The position numbers and the translations under genes are program-made. Shown piece by piece: positions 30,367 to 40,276 of a stretch of DNA of 64,000 nucleotides (position 1 is the first letter of the stretch; the number at the start of each line of letters is the position of its first letter). The DNA comes from Calditrichia bacterium (GTDB taxonomy: Bacteria; Calditrichota; Calditrichia; RBG-13-44-9; J075). Below the pieces are notes generated by a model that saw only the letters and a program-made list of their open reading frames with translations, was not told the DNA's origin and ran no database searches. The stretch covers positions 237,866 to 301,865 of the forward strand of contig JBOEGD010000010.1 of assembly GCA_050633245.1 (NCBI GenBank), given 5' to 3'.

Positions 30367-30945
30367 ATGATGTTGAGGAGAAGAACGGTTCTCACAAAAG
30401 GTGCCGTAGTGCTCGGGTTTATGCTGATGCTGCTACCGCAACATGCGTCTGGAAAAGGTGGGGTTTTTAACAATAGTGTTACCATCAATACCGGACTCTA
30501 TGCAGCAGAAGGCTTTGGATCCAATCTGTACGTCGGAGGACGCTACAATCACTACTTTGAAAAATGGAAATACTTCGTAGAGACATCTGTCGGATACAGC
30601 AGCATGCGTTCGCAAGTGCTGAGAGATCTGGCCAACTTTCAGGTATTCGATACAGAGAATTTATGGACCTACGAATTCATTTTGGGCTATGACATGTCAC
30701 CGTTGAGAAACTTTCCGTATCTCCTCACCGGTGTTGCAGGCATCAGCCAGGGCGGACAGTTTAAATTTGCTTATGTAATCGGTTTAGGTAAACAGATCCC
30801 TCTGGCCCAATTTTTCAAAGTGAAGCGTCTCGGCTTACGCTACGATATTCGCGATCAAATTTTTAAGCAGCAGGTAACAAACACTGCGAAAGCGTTTATC
30901 GCTCATAATCTAATCTTTACTATAGGTCTTCAGTACTATTTCTAA
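30367..30945 (+). CDS. Small outer-membrane beta-barrel protein
   Basis: Signal peptide, FPYLLTGVAG, LRYDIRD, ends IGLQYYF (terminal Phe). Confidence 0.78.
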   Translation: MMLRRRTVLTKGAVVLGFMLMLLPQHASGKGGVFNNSVTINTGLYAAEGFGSNLYVGGRYNHYFEKWKYFVETSVGYSSMRSQVLRDLANFQVFDTENLWTYEFILGYDMSPLRNFPYLLTGVAGISQGGQFKFAYVIGLGKQIPLAQFFKVKRLGLRYDIRDQIFKQQVTNTAKAFIAHNLIFTIGLQYYF

Positions 30946-30960
30946 CGCGAGGTAACAATC

Positions 30961-33201
30961 ATGAGTACGCATTACAGGAAGTATGTGTGTCGATTGATCC
31001 GGAAGGGGATAATCAGTCGCGGGGTGATTTTGTTTGCAGCCGCAATCATTTTCGCCGCCTGTGGATCGAATCCACCTGACGATATACTCGGTAAAGCCGG
31101 GCAAGCCGGACTGATTTTCGTTAAGGAAAACAGCGCCGGATCAAACAATAACCATGCAATGAGAAGCAACCGGGACGAGTTTCACGCCGGTAGCGACATT
31201 TTTCTACTGCGCCCTATTTCTCCATCAGGTGAGTTAAAAAACCTCACGGAAAAATATACGCGTGAAGGTGAAGAGAATGAGAACAATTGGGGCCACGCTT
31301 GTGATCCCGAAATATCAATGGACGGCAAGAAGGTTCTCTTCTCAATGAAGAAACGCCGCCAGTCCAGCTGGCATCTATATGAAATGGATGTTAATGGTGA
31401 TAATCTGGTGCAGCTGACTGACCAGAGCTTCGGAGATGATATGGATCCAGTGTATTTGCCGAATGGTCAGATTCTCTTCGCCTCTACCCGTCCCGGAATT
31501 GTGGATGAGTATGAGCGTCGCGCCTCCCCCCTGCTTCACGTAGGTGATCGGGGTCCTGGCGGAAAACTCGTCAATATTCGCCAGACATCCTTCAATCAGA
31601 GTCACGATACCAATCCAATAGTTCACTCCAGCGGTAAGATATTCTTCAGTCGCTGGGAACACCTGGGAAGCCCCAACAAATTCCCACTGTTCGTAATGAA
31701 CCCGGATGGAACGAAAAACTTTGTTCTTTATGGAAACCACTCTCCGCGCAGCAGCGGCAGCCGGGTATTCCTCGAGCCGCGCGAACTGTCTGACGGTGGA
31801 TTGGTTTGTTCCGTCATGGAGCGTAACTCCCGCTTTGAGGGCGGTGCTATTGGCATCATCGATATCAGCGATTCTGATGACAACATTACGTTTATTACGC
31901 CGGATACCTCACCATTTCGCACCGGTGGTGGCTCGCAGGCTATTTATAAATCACCACATCCGATTCTGGACCCGACCGCACCTGCCGATCGTCGCGAGCG
32001 TATTCTATTCGCAATGTCACCGATTCCAATTAATATGGGCGAACAAGAAAATCGCGTAGACTACGGTATTTACATCATGGATAAAGACGGTAAAAATACG
32101 CGTCTTATCTATAATGATCCCGATTTCAACGAAGTTGACGCCGTTCCGGTAATGCCGCGTGCAGATCTGCCTGGCGGTGAGCCGTCCGTTATTCCGACTG
32201 ATCCAAATGTCGTTGCCGGGCTTCAGTCTAATCAGCAAACGGGTTTCTTCTTTGATGCGAACGTATATGAGCGCGCAACGAATGACGGTCAAATGCGTCC
32301 CGACAAAAACTATGTCAACAGAGACGGTAGCACCGGTCAGGTAAAATGGCTGCGTATTCTGGAAGCTATTCCAATGCCGATGGACCGCAGTCGTCGTGGC
32401 GGACCAATTGGCAACACCAACTTCGAAAAGCAGCGTGTGGTAGGTTATGCTCCGGTTCGTTCAGACGGTTCATTTACTGTAGAAGTACCTGCAAATCGTT
32501 CACTGCACATGCAGACATTGGATGAGAATGGTATGCGTCTGGTGAATCAGCGCACCTGGGTTCAGGTTATGCCTGGTGAGAAACGCCTTTGCACCGGCTG
32601 TCACGGATCACATGATAAAGATAAGCTAATTGAAGATATCGAGATTCAGGCAAATGATGAGGTCATCAACAAGTCTGAAGGTCGTACCTACGACTCCGGC
32701 TTTCACAATGCGATTAATGTGGAAATGCACGTTGCTGCAAAATCGGATACCATCGACTTCTTTGACAAAGACAATCCGAACAATTCCAATACCATTCAGG
32801 CCATATTCGACAATCGCTGTATTAGTTGTCACGGTAACAGCTCACCTTCTGGTGGATTGAGCCTTCAGCTGATTGCATCTGATCTAAACGGAGATGATCA
32901 GGTATCTTCTGTTTACGACAGACTGACCGAGAATGGTGGCTATTCTACAGCGAACGGTAATACCCGTGACTATGCATCTCGCAACGGTTCACGCATTAGC
33001 CCGTTGATGTGGGTGATGCACGGTAAGCAACTGGACGGCGACAATGATGAATATCGCACTTCCAGCTATGACCATACCCAGCTGTGGCAAAAAGGCACCG
33101 GCGGACTCATAGATCCATTTCTTACAGGCAACAAGGATTTGCTGATGCTAATTGAATGGATTGATGCCGGAATTCAATATTCTAACAACAGTGACATGTA
33201 A
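30961..33201 (+). CDS. Hydrazine-synthase-alpha-like (HzsA-related) diheme c lipoprotein with TolB-like propeller
   Basis: Lipobox FAAC; DPEISMDGKKVLFS, DMDPVYLPNGQILFASTR, FFSRWEH; DGSFTVEVPANRSLHMQTLDENG...PGEKRLCTGCH; second heme motif CISCH. Confidence 0.78.
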   Translation: MSTHYRKYVCRLIRKGIISRGVILFAAAIIFAACGSNPPDDILGKAGQAGLIFVKENSAGSNNNHAMRSNRDEFHAGSDIFLLRPISPSGELKNLTEKYTREGEENENNWGHACDPEISMDGKKVLFSMKKRRQSSWHLYEMDVNGDNLVQLTDQSFGDDMDPVYLPNGQILFASTRPGIVDEYERRASPLLHVGDRGPGGKLVNIRQTSFNQSHDTNPIVHSSGKIFFSRWEHLGSPNKFPLFVMNPDGTKNFVLYGNHSPRSSGSRVFLEPRELSDGGLVCSVMERNSRFEGGAIGIIDISDSDDNITFITPDTSPFRTGGGSQAIYKSPHPILDPTAPADRRERILFAMSPIPINMGEQENRVDYGIYIMDKDGKNTRLIYNDPDFNEVDAVPVMPRADLPGGEPSVIPTDPNVVAGLQSNQQTGFFFDANVYERATNDGQMRPDKNYVNRDGSTGQVKWLRILEAIPMPMDRSRRGGPIGNTNFEKQRVVGYAPVRSDGSFTVEVPANRSLHMQTLDENGMRLVNQRTWVQVMPGEKRLCTGCHGSHDKDKLIEDIEIQANDEVINKSEGRTYDSGFHNAINVEMHVAAKSDTIDFFDKDNPNNSNTIQAIFDNRCISCHGNSSPSGGLSLQLIASDLNGDDQVSSVYDRLTENGGYSTANGNTRDYASRNGSRISPLMWVMHGKQLDGDNDEYRTSSYDHTQLWQKGTGGLIDPFLTGNKDLLMLIEWIDAGIQYSNNSDM

Positions 33202-33223
33202 GAGAGAGCGGAGAGGAAGATTC

Positions 33224-33715
33224 ATGAATCAGATTCGTTTAATAGTTGTTGCGGTCGGACTGTTCTTTTTAGGAGCAGCCGGCTCCACCAGCGGACTAGT
33301 AGGAAAACAAGCCCCGCATTTCAAATTAAAGACGCTGGAAGGTGGTTCCATCCACTCCCCTGCTGACTTTCGCGGCGACGTTCTACTGCTGGATTTCTGG
33401 GCAAGCTGGTGTCCTCCATGTAAGGTTTCTCTTCCTGAGCTTCAAAAGATGGAGAAATCAATCAAGGGTCTAAAGGTCGTTACTGTCAATATTGATGACG
33501 ACGTAAAGAACGCCTCGAAGTTTATGAAAAAGCATGGCTTGGAAATGACAACTCTTTTCGACGCTAAGAAAAGCGTAGCAGAGACGTATGGTGTCGAAGC
33601 CATGCCGACGGCTATTCTGATCGACAAAAAGGGAGTCGTTCGCAAAGTGCTTTCCGGCTATACGATTAAAAAGAAAGACGAACTGGAATCTTCCATAAAG
33701 GCTCTGCTGAAATAA
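33224..33715 (+). CDS. TlpA-family thiol-disulfide oxidoreductase
   Basis: APHFKL, LDFWASWCPPC, YGVEAMPT; start at MNQIR after GAGG. Confidence 0.93.
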   Translation: MNQIRLIVVAVGLFFLGAAGSTSGLVGKQAPHFKLKTLEGGSIHSPADFRGDVLLLDFWASWCPPCKVSLPELQKMEKSIKGLKVVTVNIDDDVKNASKFMKKHGLEMTTLFDAKKSVAETYGVEAMPTAILIDKKGVVRKVLSGYTIKKKDELESSIKALLK

Positions 33716-33730
33716 CGATTGGAGTATAAT

Positions 33731-33943
33731 ATGAAAAAGATGCTTGGACTTATGCTGGCGCTGTTTCTGCTAAACAGCTGCGTAATGGTAAAAGCCTACG
33801 AACGGGAAAAGCTGTCTGATCCGTTGATTACACCGACGAATCAGTTTGCAAAACAGAAGCTGGACGAGAAGTTTTTCTCTACTCGTGAAGGCAGCATCGG
33901 CGGCGCGCGCGGTATTGGCGGCGGCTGCGGATGTGCAAAATAA
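33731..33943 (+). CDS. DUF4266-family small lipoprotein
   Basis: LNSC lipobox, VKAYEREKL.DP, REGSIGG..IGGGCGC terminus. Confidence 0.85.
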   Translation: MKKMLGLMLALFLLNSCVMVKAYEREKLSDPLITPTNQFAKQKLDEKFFSTREGSIGGARGIGGGCGCAK

Positions 33944-33975
33944 CCCTGTAATCGTAGCGAATAAAAGGACCAACT

Positions 33976-35124
33976 ATGTTTTTACGAAGCAAAAAATGGA
34001 TATCTCTGATGTTGTTGAGTCTGCTACCGCTTAGCATCTTCTCTCCTGTTCTGGCGGAAGATGGCGAGGCGCTTGGTTACACCACCTATTATTTTAGCGA
34101 TAGTGGTGGCAACAGCGTCTCAACAACCTCCTTTAATCTGGCAAAGAAGCTGTTTGCAAAAACAGTTCTGCTGCTGGATCTGGAGCTGGACAATGTAACC
34201 GTGCCGCCGGTAACGGCCACCACAGGTGCAACACGTCCGCAGAGAGAGGGCAGCTCAACGTTCGAAAAGAGCCGCACCCAGGTTATTCTCGGTATGGAAC
34301 AGGGATTAACCGCCGATGCCGCTCTTGCTGTGAACTACTACCATAGTGAAGAGGAAGACTACAAGTCCAACTCCCTAATTGCCACCCTTACCCGAGAGTT
34401 TAATCAGAAGAACACAACTCTTACCCTGCGAGGACAATACATCCAGGATGAGGTTGGCGAAATTCTCGACGACGGGTCGTTGCTTTATCGCGACAAGCAA
34501 TCTGCCTGGAGCATTTTTGGATTGGATCAGGTGCTTTCCAAAACTTCGGTGCTGAGCCTTAGCTATGATTTTCTCTGGCAGGATGGTTTTCTTAGCGATC
34601 CCTATCGCCAGGTGCGCATTTTCGATACGCAGGGTGTTGCTACCCAGGTAGCTGAAGTTCACCCGGATTCACGTATTCGTCATGCCGGTAGCGTGAAAAT
34701 CAACAAGCTCATTCCATCAATTAAAGCATCATTCAGCAGCAGCTATCGTTTCTATCTGGACGATTGGGAAGTGAATTCCCACACCTTCGATATCGAATTC
34801 GGCAAGTATGTCTTCGATGAGCTGATTGCGAAATTCAACTATCGCAATTACATCCAGGACGGTGCCTACTTTATTCAGGATCGTTATCAGGGCGATGAAT
34901 TTCTGGCTGAAACAGCATTCAAAAGCCAGGACTATAAGCTGAACTCCTTTTATTCGAACAATATTGGTTTAAGCGTCTCTTATCTATTCAAAAAAGTGGC
35001 TGATGAAAAGCCCGGATTCAAGTTTTTGGAAAACGCGTCTATCGACCTTCGTTACTTCCGCTACTTTAATTCGCTGGACTTCTCGGCAAATATATATCAG
35101 ATGAACGTGAATTTAGGGATTTAA
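33976..35124 (+). CDS. DUF3570-family outer-membrane beta-barrel
   Basis: HSEEEDYKS, EFNQKNTTL, GFLSDPYR, EVHPDSRIR, YRFYLDDW...HT; follows DUF4266. Confidence 0.8.
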   Translation: MFLRSKKWISLMLLSLLPLSIFSPVLAEDGEALGYTTYYFSDSGGNSVSTTSFNLAKKLFAKTVLLLDLELDNVTVPPVTATTGATRPQREGSSTFEKSRTQVILGMEQGLTADAALAVNYYHSEEEDYKSNSLIATLTREFNQKNTTLTLRGQYIQDEVGEILDDGSLLYRDKQSAWSIFGLDQVLSKTSVLSLSYDFLWQDGFLSDPYRQVRIFDTQGVATQVAEVHPDSRIRHAGSVKINKLIPSIKASFSSSYRFYLDDWEVNSHTFDIEFGKYVFDELIAKFNYRNYIQDGAYFIQDRYQGDEFLAETAFKSQDYKLNSFYSNNIGLSVSYLFKKVADEKPGFKFLENASIDLRYFRYFNSLDFSANIYQMNVNLGI

Positions 35125-35127
35125 GAA

Positions 35128-35200
35128 AGTTCAAGGTTCAAAGTTCGACGTTCTAAGTTAACAGCATTTTTAAACTTTGAACTCTGAACTTTGAACTTCA
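35128..35200. repeat. Heptamer repeats (GTTCAAG / TTTGAAC) in inverted arrangement
   Basis: Directly visible. Confidence 0.7.
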
Positions 35201-35221
35201 AAAAACAACAGTGAGGTTAGA

Positions 35222-37594
35222 ATGAAACCCATGGTCATCATCCTATCGCTTTTAATGCTTATCGCCAGCGTGTCTGCCGATGAGAACGGCTCTGCCAAAA
35301 AGCAGGGAGCCAACTGGGCAAACGTCTCTGACGAAGCTCAAATTCAACTACTCATAGATGAACTGCGTTCCGCAATGAAGGATGCCGTACGCAGACAGGC
35401 CGTATCCAACCACCTGATGAAGTCGGCTGCAACAACGGCTATCGCCAATTCGCCGGTGAAATCTATGCGCATCGACGGCAGCAAGGCCTACGTTTCTCTG
35501 GATGGACAAGATATTACGCTGGAGAAAATCGATAATCACTGGCAGGTGTTGGCACTCGAGAGCGAAGGCATTGTCGAAGCTCCTACCAGCACCACTTTCG
35601 AGAACTTCGGCATTAATGACGGTTTCTCGGCTGGCGAAACATTCGCCAAACGCGACATCAGTGAAGACTACAATATCAATACGCTGTCCAAAGGAATTGC
35701 GACAACCTATCTCGATCGCAAGCTGTTCGGTTCGCCGGAAAAAACGGCTTCCTACTATTCAGCAACCTATCGCAAGAGCGCTCCACACGTGTCGGCTACT
35801 TATGTGCAGTTCGTGATCGATCCTGCCTGGAACCGCGTGGTTTACGGTAGCCTGAATCGCTGGATAAAAGCCTTTGAAGACGTGAACGGGCCTTCTGCTA
35901 TCGCAGTTGACGCCGATGCCCGCGTCTTTGTTGGCGAGACCGGCTCCAGTCGCGTATCCGTGCTGCAGCTCGATGCAGCGCAGGAGAATTCAGATCTAAG
36001 CTTCTCTTTTGCCATCGACGGCATTAAAAATCCTGCCGATATCGCACTGGATGACAATAATACGCCGCTTGACGTGTCAGATGACCTGCTTTATGTCGCC
36101 GATCCGGTTGAGAACACCATCATCAAATTTGCTGTCGGTTCGTCCGATGCTCAGAAGGTGACGAGCTACGATGGCTTTAGCGAGCCAACCAGCGTACTGG
36201 TCGGTCGCTGGAATGGCGCCAACAACAATCTGATCTACGTAATTGACAAGATTGGCAAGCGCGTTCAGCTATTCGAAGATACCGGTTCTAATCTGCAGCT
36301 TCTTCGTGAGCTAAAGGGTGGCTATCACCAGTATTTCAGCGGCATTCGCGTAGATCACTTTGGAAACGTCTATCTGGTAGACAACGTGAATTCCAATCTC
36401 TACAAGTATTCCGCAACGCTCGAACTGCTCGACCAGCTTAGCGGCGGCGCACAGTTTGAAGGCCTGGTAAATGCCGACATTCCCTTCGGTCGCATCACTG
36501 TTGAAGGTGAAGGTACCACCTGGGCAGGCTTCGATCAGCTGTTTACTCTTGAGCGCTGGACCGAGAACAGCGGCGCACAGCGACGCGTTCCGGGTCTTGG
36601 TATTCGTAACGCCACGTTCCACAGTGATGCCGATATCAGTACCATCACCAATCGCTTCATGATCACCGACGTAGCCGACGTAACCGTTCATATCATCGAT
36701 GAAGAGGATCGCCTGGTGCGCGACTTACCTGCAGGCTGGATGGTTTCAGGCTCCAAGGAAATCAACTGGGATCGCCGCGACAACAATGGCGAGCAGGTTA
36801 AAGCCGGCGTCTATCGCTATCAGCTGGAAGCAACAAGCTCTTATGGTGAGAATAACAAAACCACTCTGGATACGCGTTTCTATCTGCCGCTGTATTACTG
36901 GCAGGATTCCGGTAGTGAGAGTGATGATCAGTTCCGCACCAGCGGCACCATCACCAAGTGGGGAGAAAATGCCTCTCAGACAATCGTTACTGATCGCGAC
37001 CGCATCACCTATCGCTTTAGCGGCCTGAATTCCGAGAGTGACTATCAGATCTCCCTGGAAGCAGTTGTAAACGACGACAAAAAGCGTTCGCAGGCAATCT
37101 ATGCCGGTAAGTCTGAGCTGGCCATAATCGAAGTAAATGGCGAAGAGCAGCAAACCGCCTGGCTCGATATTCCGCGTGAGGAGTATGCTAATGGCACGCT
37201 GGAGCTTTCCATAGCACGTATTGAAGGCGAGTCTGCAGCTGTATCTCAGCTTTGGCTGAAGGAAAACGGCATTGGCCTGAATCCTGAGCAGCTGAATGGT
37301 GATCCGCAAGTTGCAGAAGGTTTTGCCCTTGAGCAGAACTATCCGAACCCGTTCAACCCGACCACCACGATTCGCTTCCGCATTCCGGAAGACGCGCGCG
37401 TGAAGCTGGAAGTATTTAACCTGCTTGGTCAGAAGGTTCGCACTCTGGTAGATGCACAGCGTAGCGCTGGCGTAACCTCTGTAAACTGGGACGGCCGCAA
37501 TAGTGCCGGTGCTCAAGTAAGCAGTGGAATTTACTTCTATCGTCTTGAAGCAGGTAGCCTGGTGCAGTCTCGCCAGATGTTGCTGATTAAATAA
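35222..37594 (+). CDS. Secreted NHL/beta-propeller protein with internal FlgD-Ig domain and T9SS-type C-terminal domain
   Basis: Signal peptide; GPSAIAVD, NPADIALD repeats; WDRRDNNG..V.AGVY; QNYPNPFNPTTTIRF...SSGIYFYRL. Confidence 0.8.
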   Translation: MKPMVIILSLLMLIASVSADENGSAKKQGANWANVSDEAQIQLLIDELRSAMKDAVRRQAVSNHLMKSAATTAIANSPVKSMRIDGSKAYVSLDGQDITLEKIDNHWQVLALESEGIVEAPTSTTFENFGINDGFSAGETFAKRDISEDYNINTLSKGIATTYLDRKLFGSPEKTASYYSATYRKSAPHVSATYVQFVIDPAWNRVVYGSLNRWIKAFEDVNGPSAIAVDADARVFVGETGSSRVSVLQLDAAQENSDLSFSFAIDGIKNPADIALDDNNTPLDVSDDLLYVADPVENTIIKFAVGSSDAQKVTSYDGFSEPTSVLVGRWNGANNNLIYVIDKIGKRVQLFEDTGSNLQLLRELKGGYHQYFSGIRVDHFGNVYLVDNVNSNLYKYSATLELLDQLSGGAQFEGLVNADIPFGRITVEGEGTTWAGFDQLFTLERWTENSGAQRRVPGLGIRNATFHSDADISTITNRFMITDVADVTVHIIDEEDRLVRDLPAGWMVSGSKEINWDRRDNNGEQVKAGVYRYQLEATSSYGENNKTTLDTRFYLPLYYWQDSGSESDDQFRTSGTITKWGENASQTIVTDRDRITYRFSGLNSESDYQISLEAVVNDDKKRSQAIYAGKSELAIIEVNGEEQQTAWLDIPREEYANGTLELSIARIEGESAAVSQLWLKENGIGLNPEQLNGDPQVAEGFALEQNYPNPFNPTTTIRFRIPEDARVKLEVFNLLGQKVRTLVDAQRSAGVTSVNWDGRNSAGAQVSSGIYFYRLEAGSLVQSRQMLLIK

Positions 37595-37695
37595 TTTGAT
37601 TACCACTGTGGCAATCAACAGCGGGACCCGGACGGATCGGTGAGGTTCTGTCCGGACGCCACAACGCATTAGAAGATCCTCTCCTCAACCCCGGT

Positions 37696-37732
37696 AAGGG
37701 CGGCGCCAGTTTTGGGTCGCCTTTGCTCTTTT
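37696..37732 (+). terminator. Probable intrinsic terminator of the redox operon
   Basis: AAGGGCGGC...GTCGCCTTT stem followed by GCTCTTTT. Confidence 0.6.
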
Positions 37733-37851
37733 GGGGCAGGGACAGAAAGTGGGTAGATCGTCCCGAAAAAAACGGGACTTGTAGGAGGTAGGGGGAAATT
37801 AACAAACGGCAAAGAACTGACGGCATAGAACAGACGGCAATAAACCTTGTT

Positions 37852-38160
37852 GTCACGCCGAGCGGAGTCGAGGCGCTAGCAGAAGTCAGAAAAGAAGGTG
37901 AGAAACGGTGAGGGATCGAGCTATGTCTCGATCCGGAATGTGCATCGGTAAAGACGCGATGCTTCGCGTCTCATAAGCAGGCAGCGGATTCAGAAAATCA
38001 GCGGCAAATAACTAACGGCAATCAACATAGGGCAAACAACGGAGAAAAGGGAAAGACTATGAGGGATCGAACCATGTCCCGATCCGTAACATGCAACGTG
38101 CACCCCAGAAGCGAAGCGATCCATATTTTTCTCCCGCTCTCCCTATCTCCCGCTCTAAAT
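37852..38160. repeat. Cluster of REP-like elements
   Basis: GTCACGCCGAGCGGAGTCGAGGC; two GAGGGATCGA..ATGT..CGATCCG palindromes; GTAAAGACGCGAT palindrome; CCCGCTCT octamers. Confidence 0.75.
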
Positions 38161-38328
38161 CGGCGAAGCGACCTATCCCCAAACATTGCTTGCCCTCATG
38201 CAGCCCAACATCTATATTTCACTAATCACGCAAAATATTGACACATTTCAACTACCGAGCGTTATTCTCGATATCGGACTGCCATAGACAGCTGCGGTTG
38301 AATGCAAAACATAAAACGGATTACTCCG

Positions 38329-39174
38329 ATGGGAAGTTGGGGACCAGCAATTTCGTCAAATGACATCTATAAGGATATTTACGATGACTTCATGGATTTA
38401 TATGATGAAGGTCTTGAATCAGCGGAGATATCTAAAAAGGTGATCAAAAAGAACTCTGAGCTTATTAATAGCCATGAAGATAAAAATAACTTCTGGTTTG
38501 CATTGGCAATGGCTCAGTGGCAGTGCAAAGCATTAGAGCCAGATTTGTATCAAAGAGTTAAACAAATTGTTAAAACTGGTGAAGATATTAGGCTTTGGAA
38601 AGACTTGGGGGCTGAATCTAAAGCACTTCAAAAGCGAGAAAAGGCTCTTAACTCGTTTTTAGAGAAGCTAAGCACTGAAAAGGAGAAGGCCAGAAAAAGA
38701 AAAAAGAAAGTTCTTCGCGATTCTATTTTCCAAAGAGGCGATTGTTTAACTTTTAAGTTGGAAAATGAGAATTATGGCGGAGCCTTTGTGTTGACATCTG
38801 AGGAAAAGACAGAGTATGGGATGAACATGATCGCAATAACAACTTTGAATCTTGAAGAAAAACCAAGAGTCGATGAATTTAAGAGTGCTTCAATTCTAAT
38901 TACAGATCAGGAGGTTTACCAATACCTAGGCCCGGAAATGATATTTTGGCATTGCGCTAAGCATTTCAAAAAAGCTCCAATAAACTTTGAGGTGATTGGA
39001 CACTTAAAAGTAAGCCGGAAGTACAAGTTTGACAGTCACTACACCAGAGTTGCTCCATGGGATGCAATTAAGATAATGGTAGATACTCACATGCATTTAA
39101 TTACCGCAGGAATCGGGGCGAAGAAAGGAGTAAAACTAAATAAATTGAGAAAGCGATCCTGGTTCTGGCGATAG
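38329..39174 (+). CDS. Hypothetical protein (DUF4259-like N-terminus, possible immunity-type protein)
   Basis: MGSWGPAISSND start motif, FWFALAMAQW helix. Confidence 0.6.
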   Translation: MGSWGPAISSNDIYKDIYDDFMDLYDEGLESAEISKKVIKKNSELINSHEDKNNFWFALAMAQWQCKALEPDLYQRVKQIVKTGEDIRLWKDLGAESKALQKREKALNSFLEKLSTEKEKARKRKKKVLRDSIFQRGDCLTFKLENENYGGAFVLTSEEKTEYGMNMIAITTLNLEEKPRVDEFKSASILITDQEVYQYLGPEMIFWHCAKHFKKAPINFEVIGHLKVSRKYKFDSHYTRVAPWDAIKIMVDTHMHLITAGIGAKKGVKLNKLRKRSWFWR

Positions 39175-39260
39175 GGCTAGTTCCTCGAGAAAATGCTTTT
39201 TGATAATCATTGTTCATATATACAAAAGCCTTGTTCCCAGAATCAGCAAAAGAAAACACC

Positions 39261-39785
39261 ATGCCCGAAACAATTAAGAACCACGCCACTGGCGACCAAA
39301 TTGAATTTCTGCAAACCGCCGAAGAGACCAATGGTGAAATGTGCAATTTCATTATGACATTGGCACCAAAATCCTCATGGGCAAAGAGTCCGAGGCATTT
39401 TCATCCCTATCAAACCGAAACGTTCAGAGTCATTTCCGGCGAGCTAAACCTGACTGCTGGCGATAAGCATTATGTTTTGGGGCCGGATGACGACATGGTT
39501 GTAGTCGACAAATTTGTTTTGCATTCCTTCTGGAATGAGACGGATGAGGAAGTTCGATTTGAAGCAGAGATCTATCCTCCAATAAATATTGAGAAAGGTT
39601 TACGGCTTACCTATAAACTGTCTCAGGAAGGCAAAATCAACAAGAACAATATTCCTACCAATCCTTTTCACACGCTCATACTTATGAATGACTTTGACTC
39701 CTATTTTGCAATCATCCCCTGGAAAATTCAGAAATTCATGTTTGCCCAAGGGGCGAATCTGGCTAGGCTGTTTGGTTATAAGTAA
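39261..39785 (+). CDS. Cupin-domain protein
   Basis: PRHFHPYQTETFRVISG, HSFWN. Confidence 0.85.
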   Translation: MPETIKNHATGDQIEFLQTAEETNGEMCNFIMTLAPKSSWAKSPRHFHPYQTETFRVISGELNLTAGDKHYVLGPDDDMVVVDKFVLHSFWNETDEEVRFEAEIYPPINIEKGLRLTYKLSQEGKINKNNIPTNPFHTLILMNDFDSYFAIIPWKIQKFMFAQGANLARLFGYK

Positions 39786-39800
39786 GTGTCGTGTCGGCAA

Positions 39801-39900
39801 CCCGCTCTGGCTTCGACGGAGTCTATACCGAGCGTAGTCGAGGTGCTCAGCCTGACGCTTTAAATACTCCTTGTCACCCGCTCTCCTTGTCTCCCGCTCT
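39801..39900. repeat. REP-like GGCTTCGAC..GCTCAGCCTGAC element with nested inverted partial copy, plus octamer tract
   Basis: Family members at 46348-46381, 48023-48049, 48151-48177, 48903-48939. Confidence 0.8.
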
Positions 39901-39990
39901 CTTTGTCTATCAAAAAACCCCTTGCCATGTAGCCCAAAGTGAGCTACATTTTAATCGTCACCATCAAACACGCATTGGGAGTGTAGAAAC

Positions 39991-40272
39991 ATGGACTCAA
40001 CAACACGAACAAATCGAAACACTGTTGTTCGAGCGAGGACAGACTCTAAGCTAAAAGAGAACGCTGAAGGAATTTTAAAACAACTTGGTTTCACTATGTC
40101 TGACGCGATCAATATTTATCTGAATATGATCGTTATGCATCGAGGTATTCCATTTGAGATAAAGATTCCTAGTGAGCTCACCCTGGAGACCTTCAAAAAG
40201 TCTGAAGCAGGAGAAGATTTAGAGCATGTCGGTAGCCTGGACAATCTCAAAAACTTAATCGACAAGCAATGA
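39991..40272 (+). CDS. dinJ: RelB/DinJ-family antitoxin
   Basis: VRARTD..LK..AE.IL..LG.TMSDAI.......GIPFEI. Confidence 0.9.
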   Translation: MDSTTRTNRNTVVRARTDSKLKENAEGILKQLGFTMSDAINIYLNMIVMHRGIPFEIKIPSELTLETFKKSEAGEDLEHVGSLDNLKNLIDKQ

Positions 40273-40276
40273 GGTA

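Noticed and set aside
30961-33201. Anammox hydrazine synthase
   Set aside because: No hzsB/hzsC or HAO-like genes; only alpha-like domain similarity in a non-anammox context
36746-37669. 307 aa minus-strand ORF
   Set aside because: Antisense shadow of the well-supported 790 aa secreted protein; no motifs
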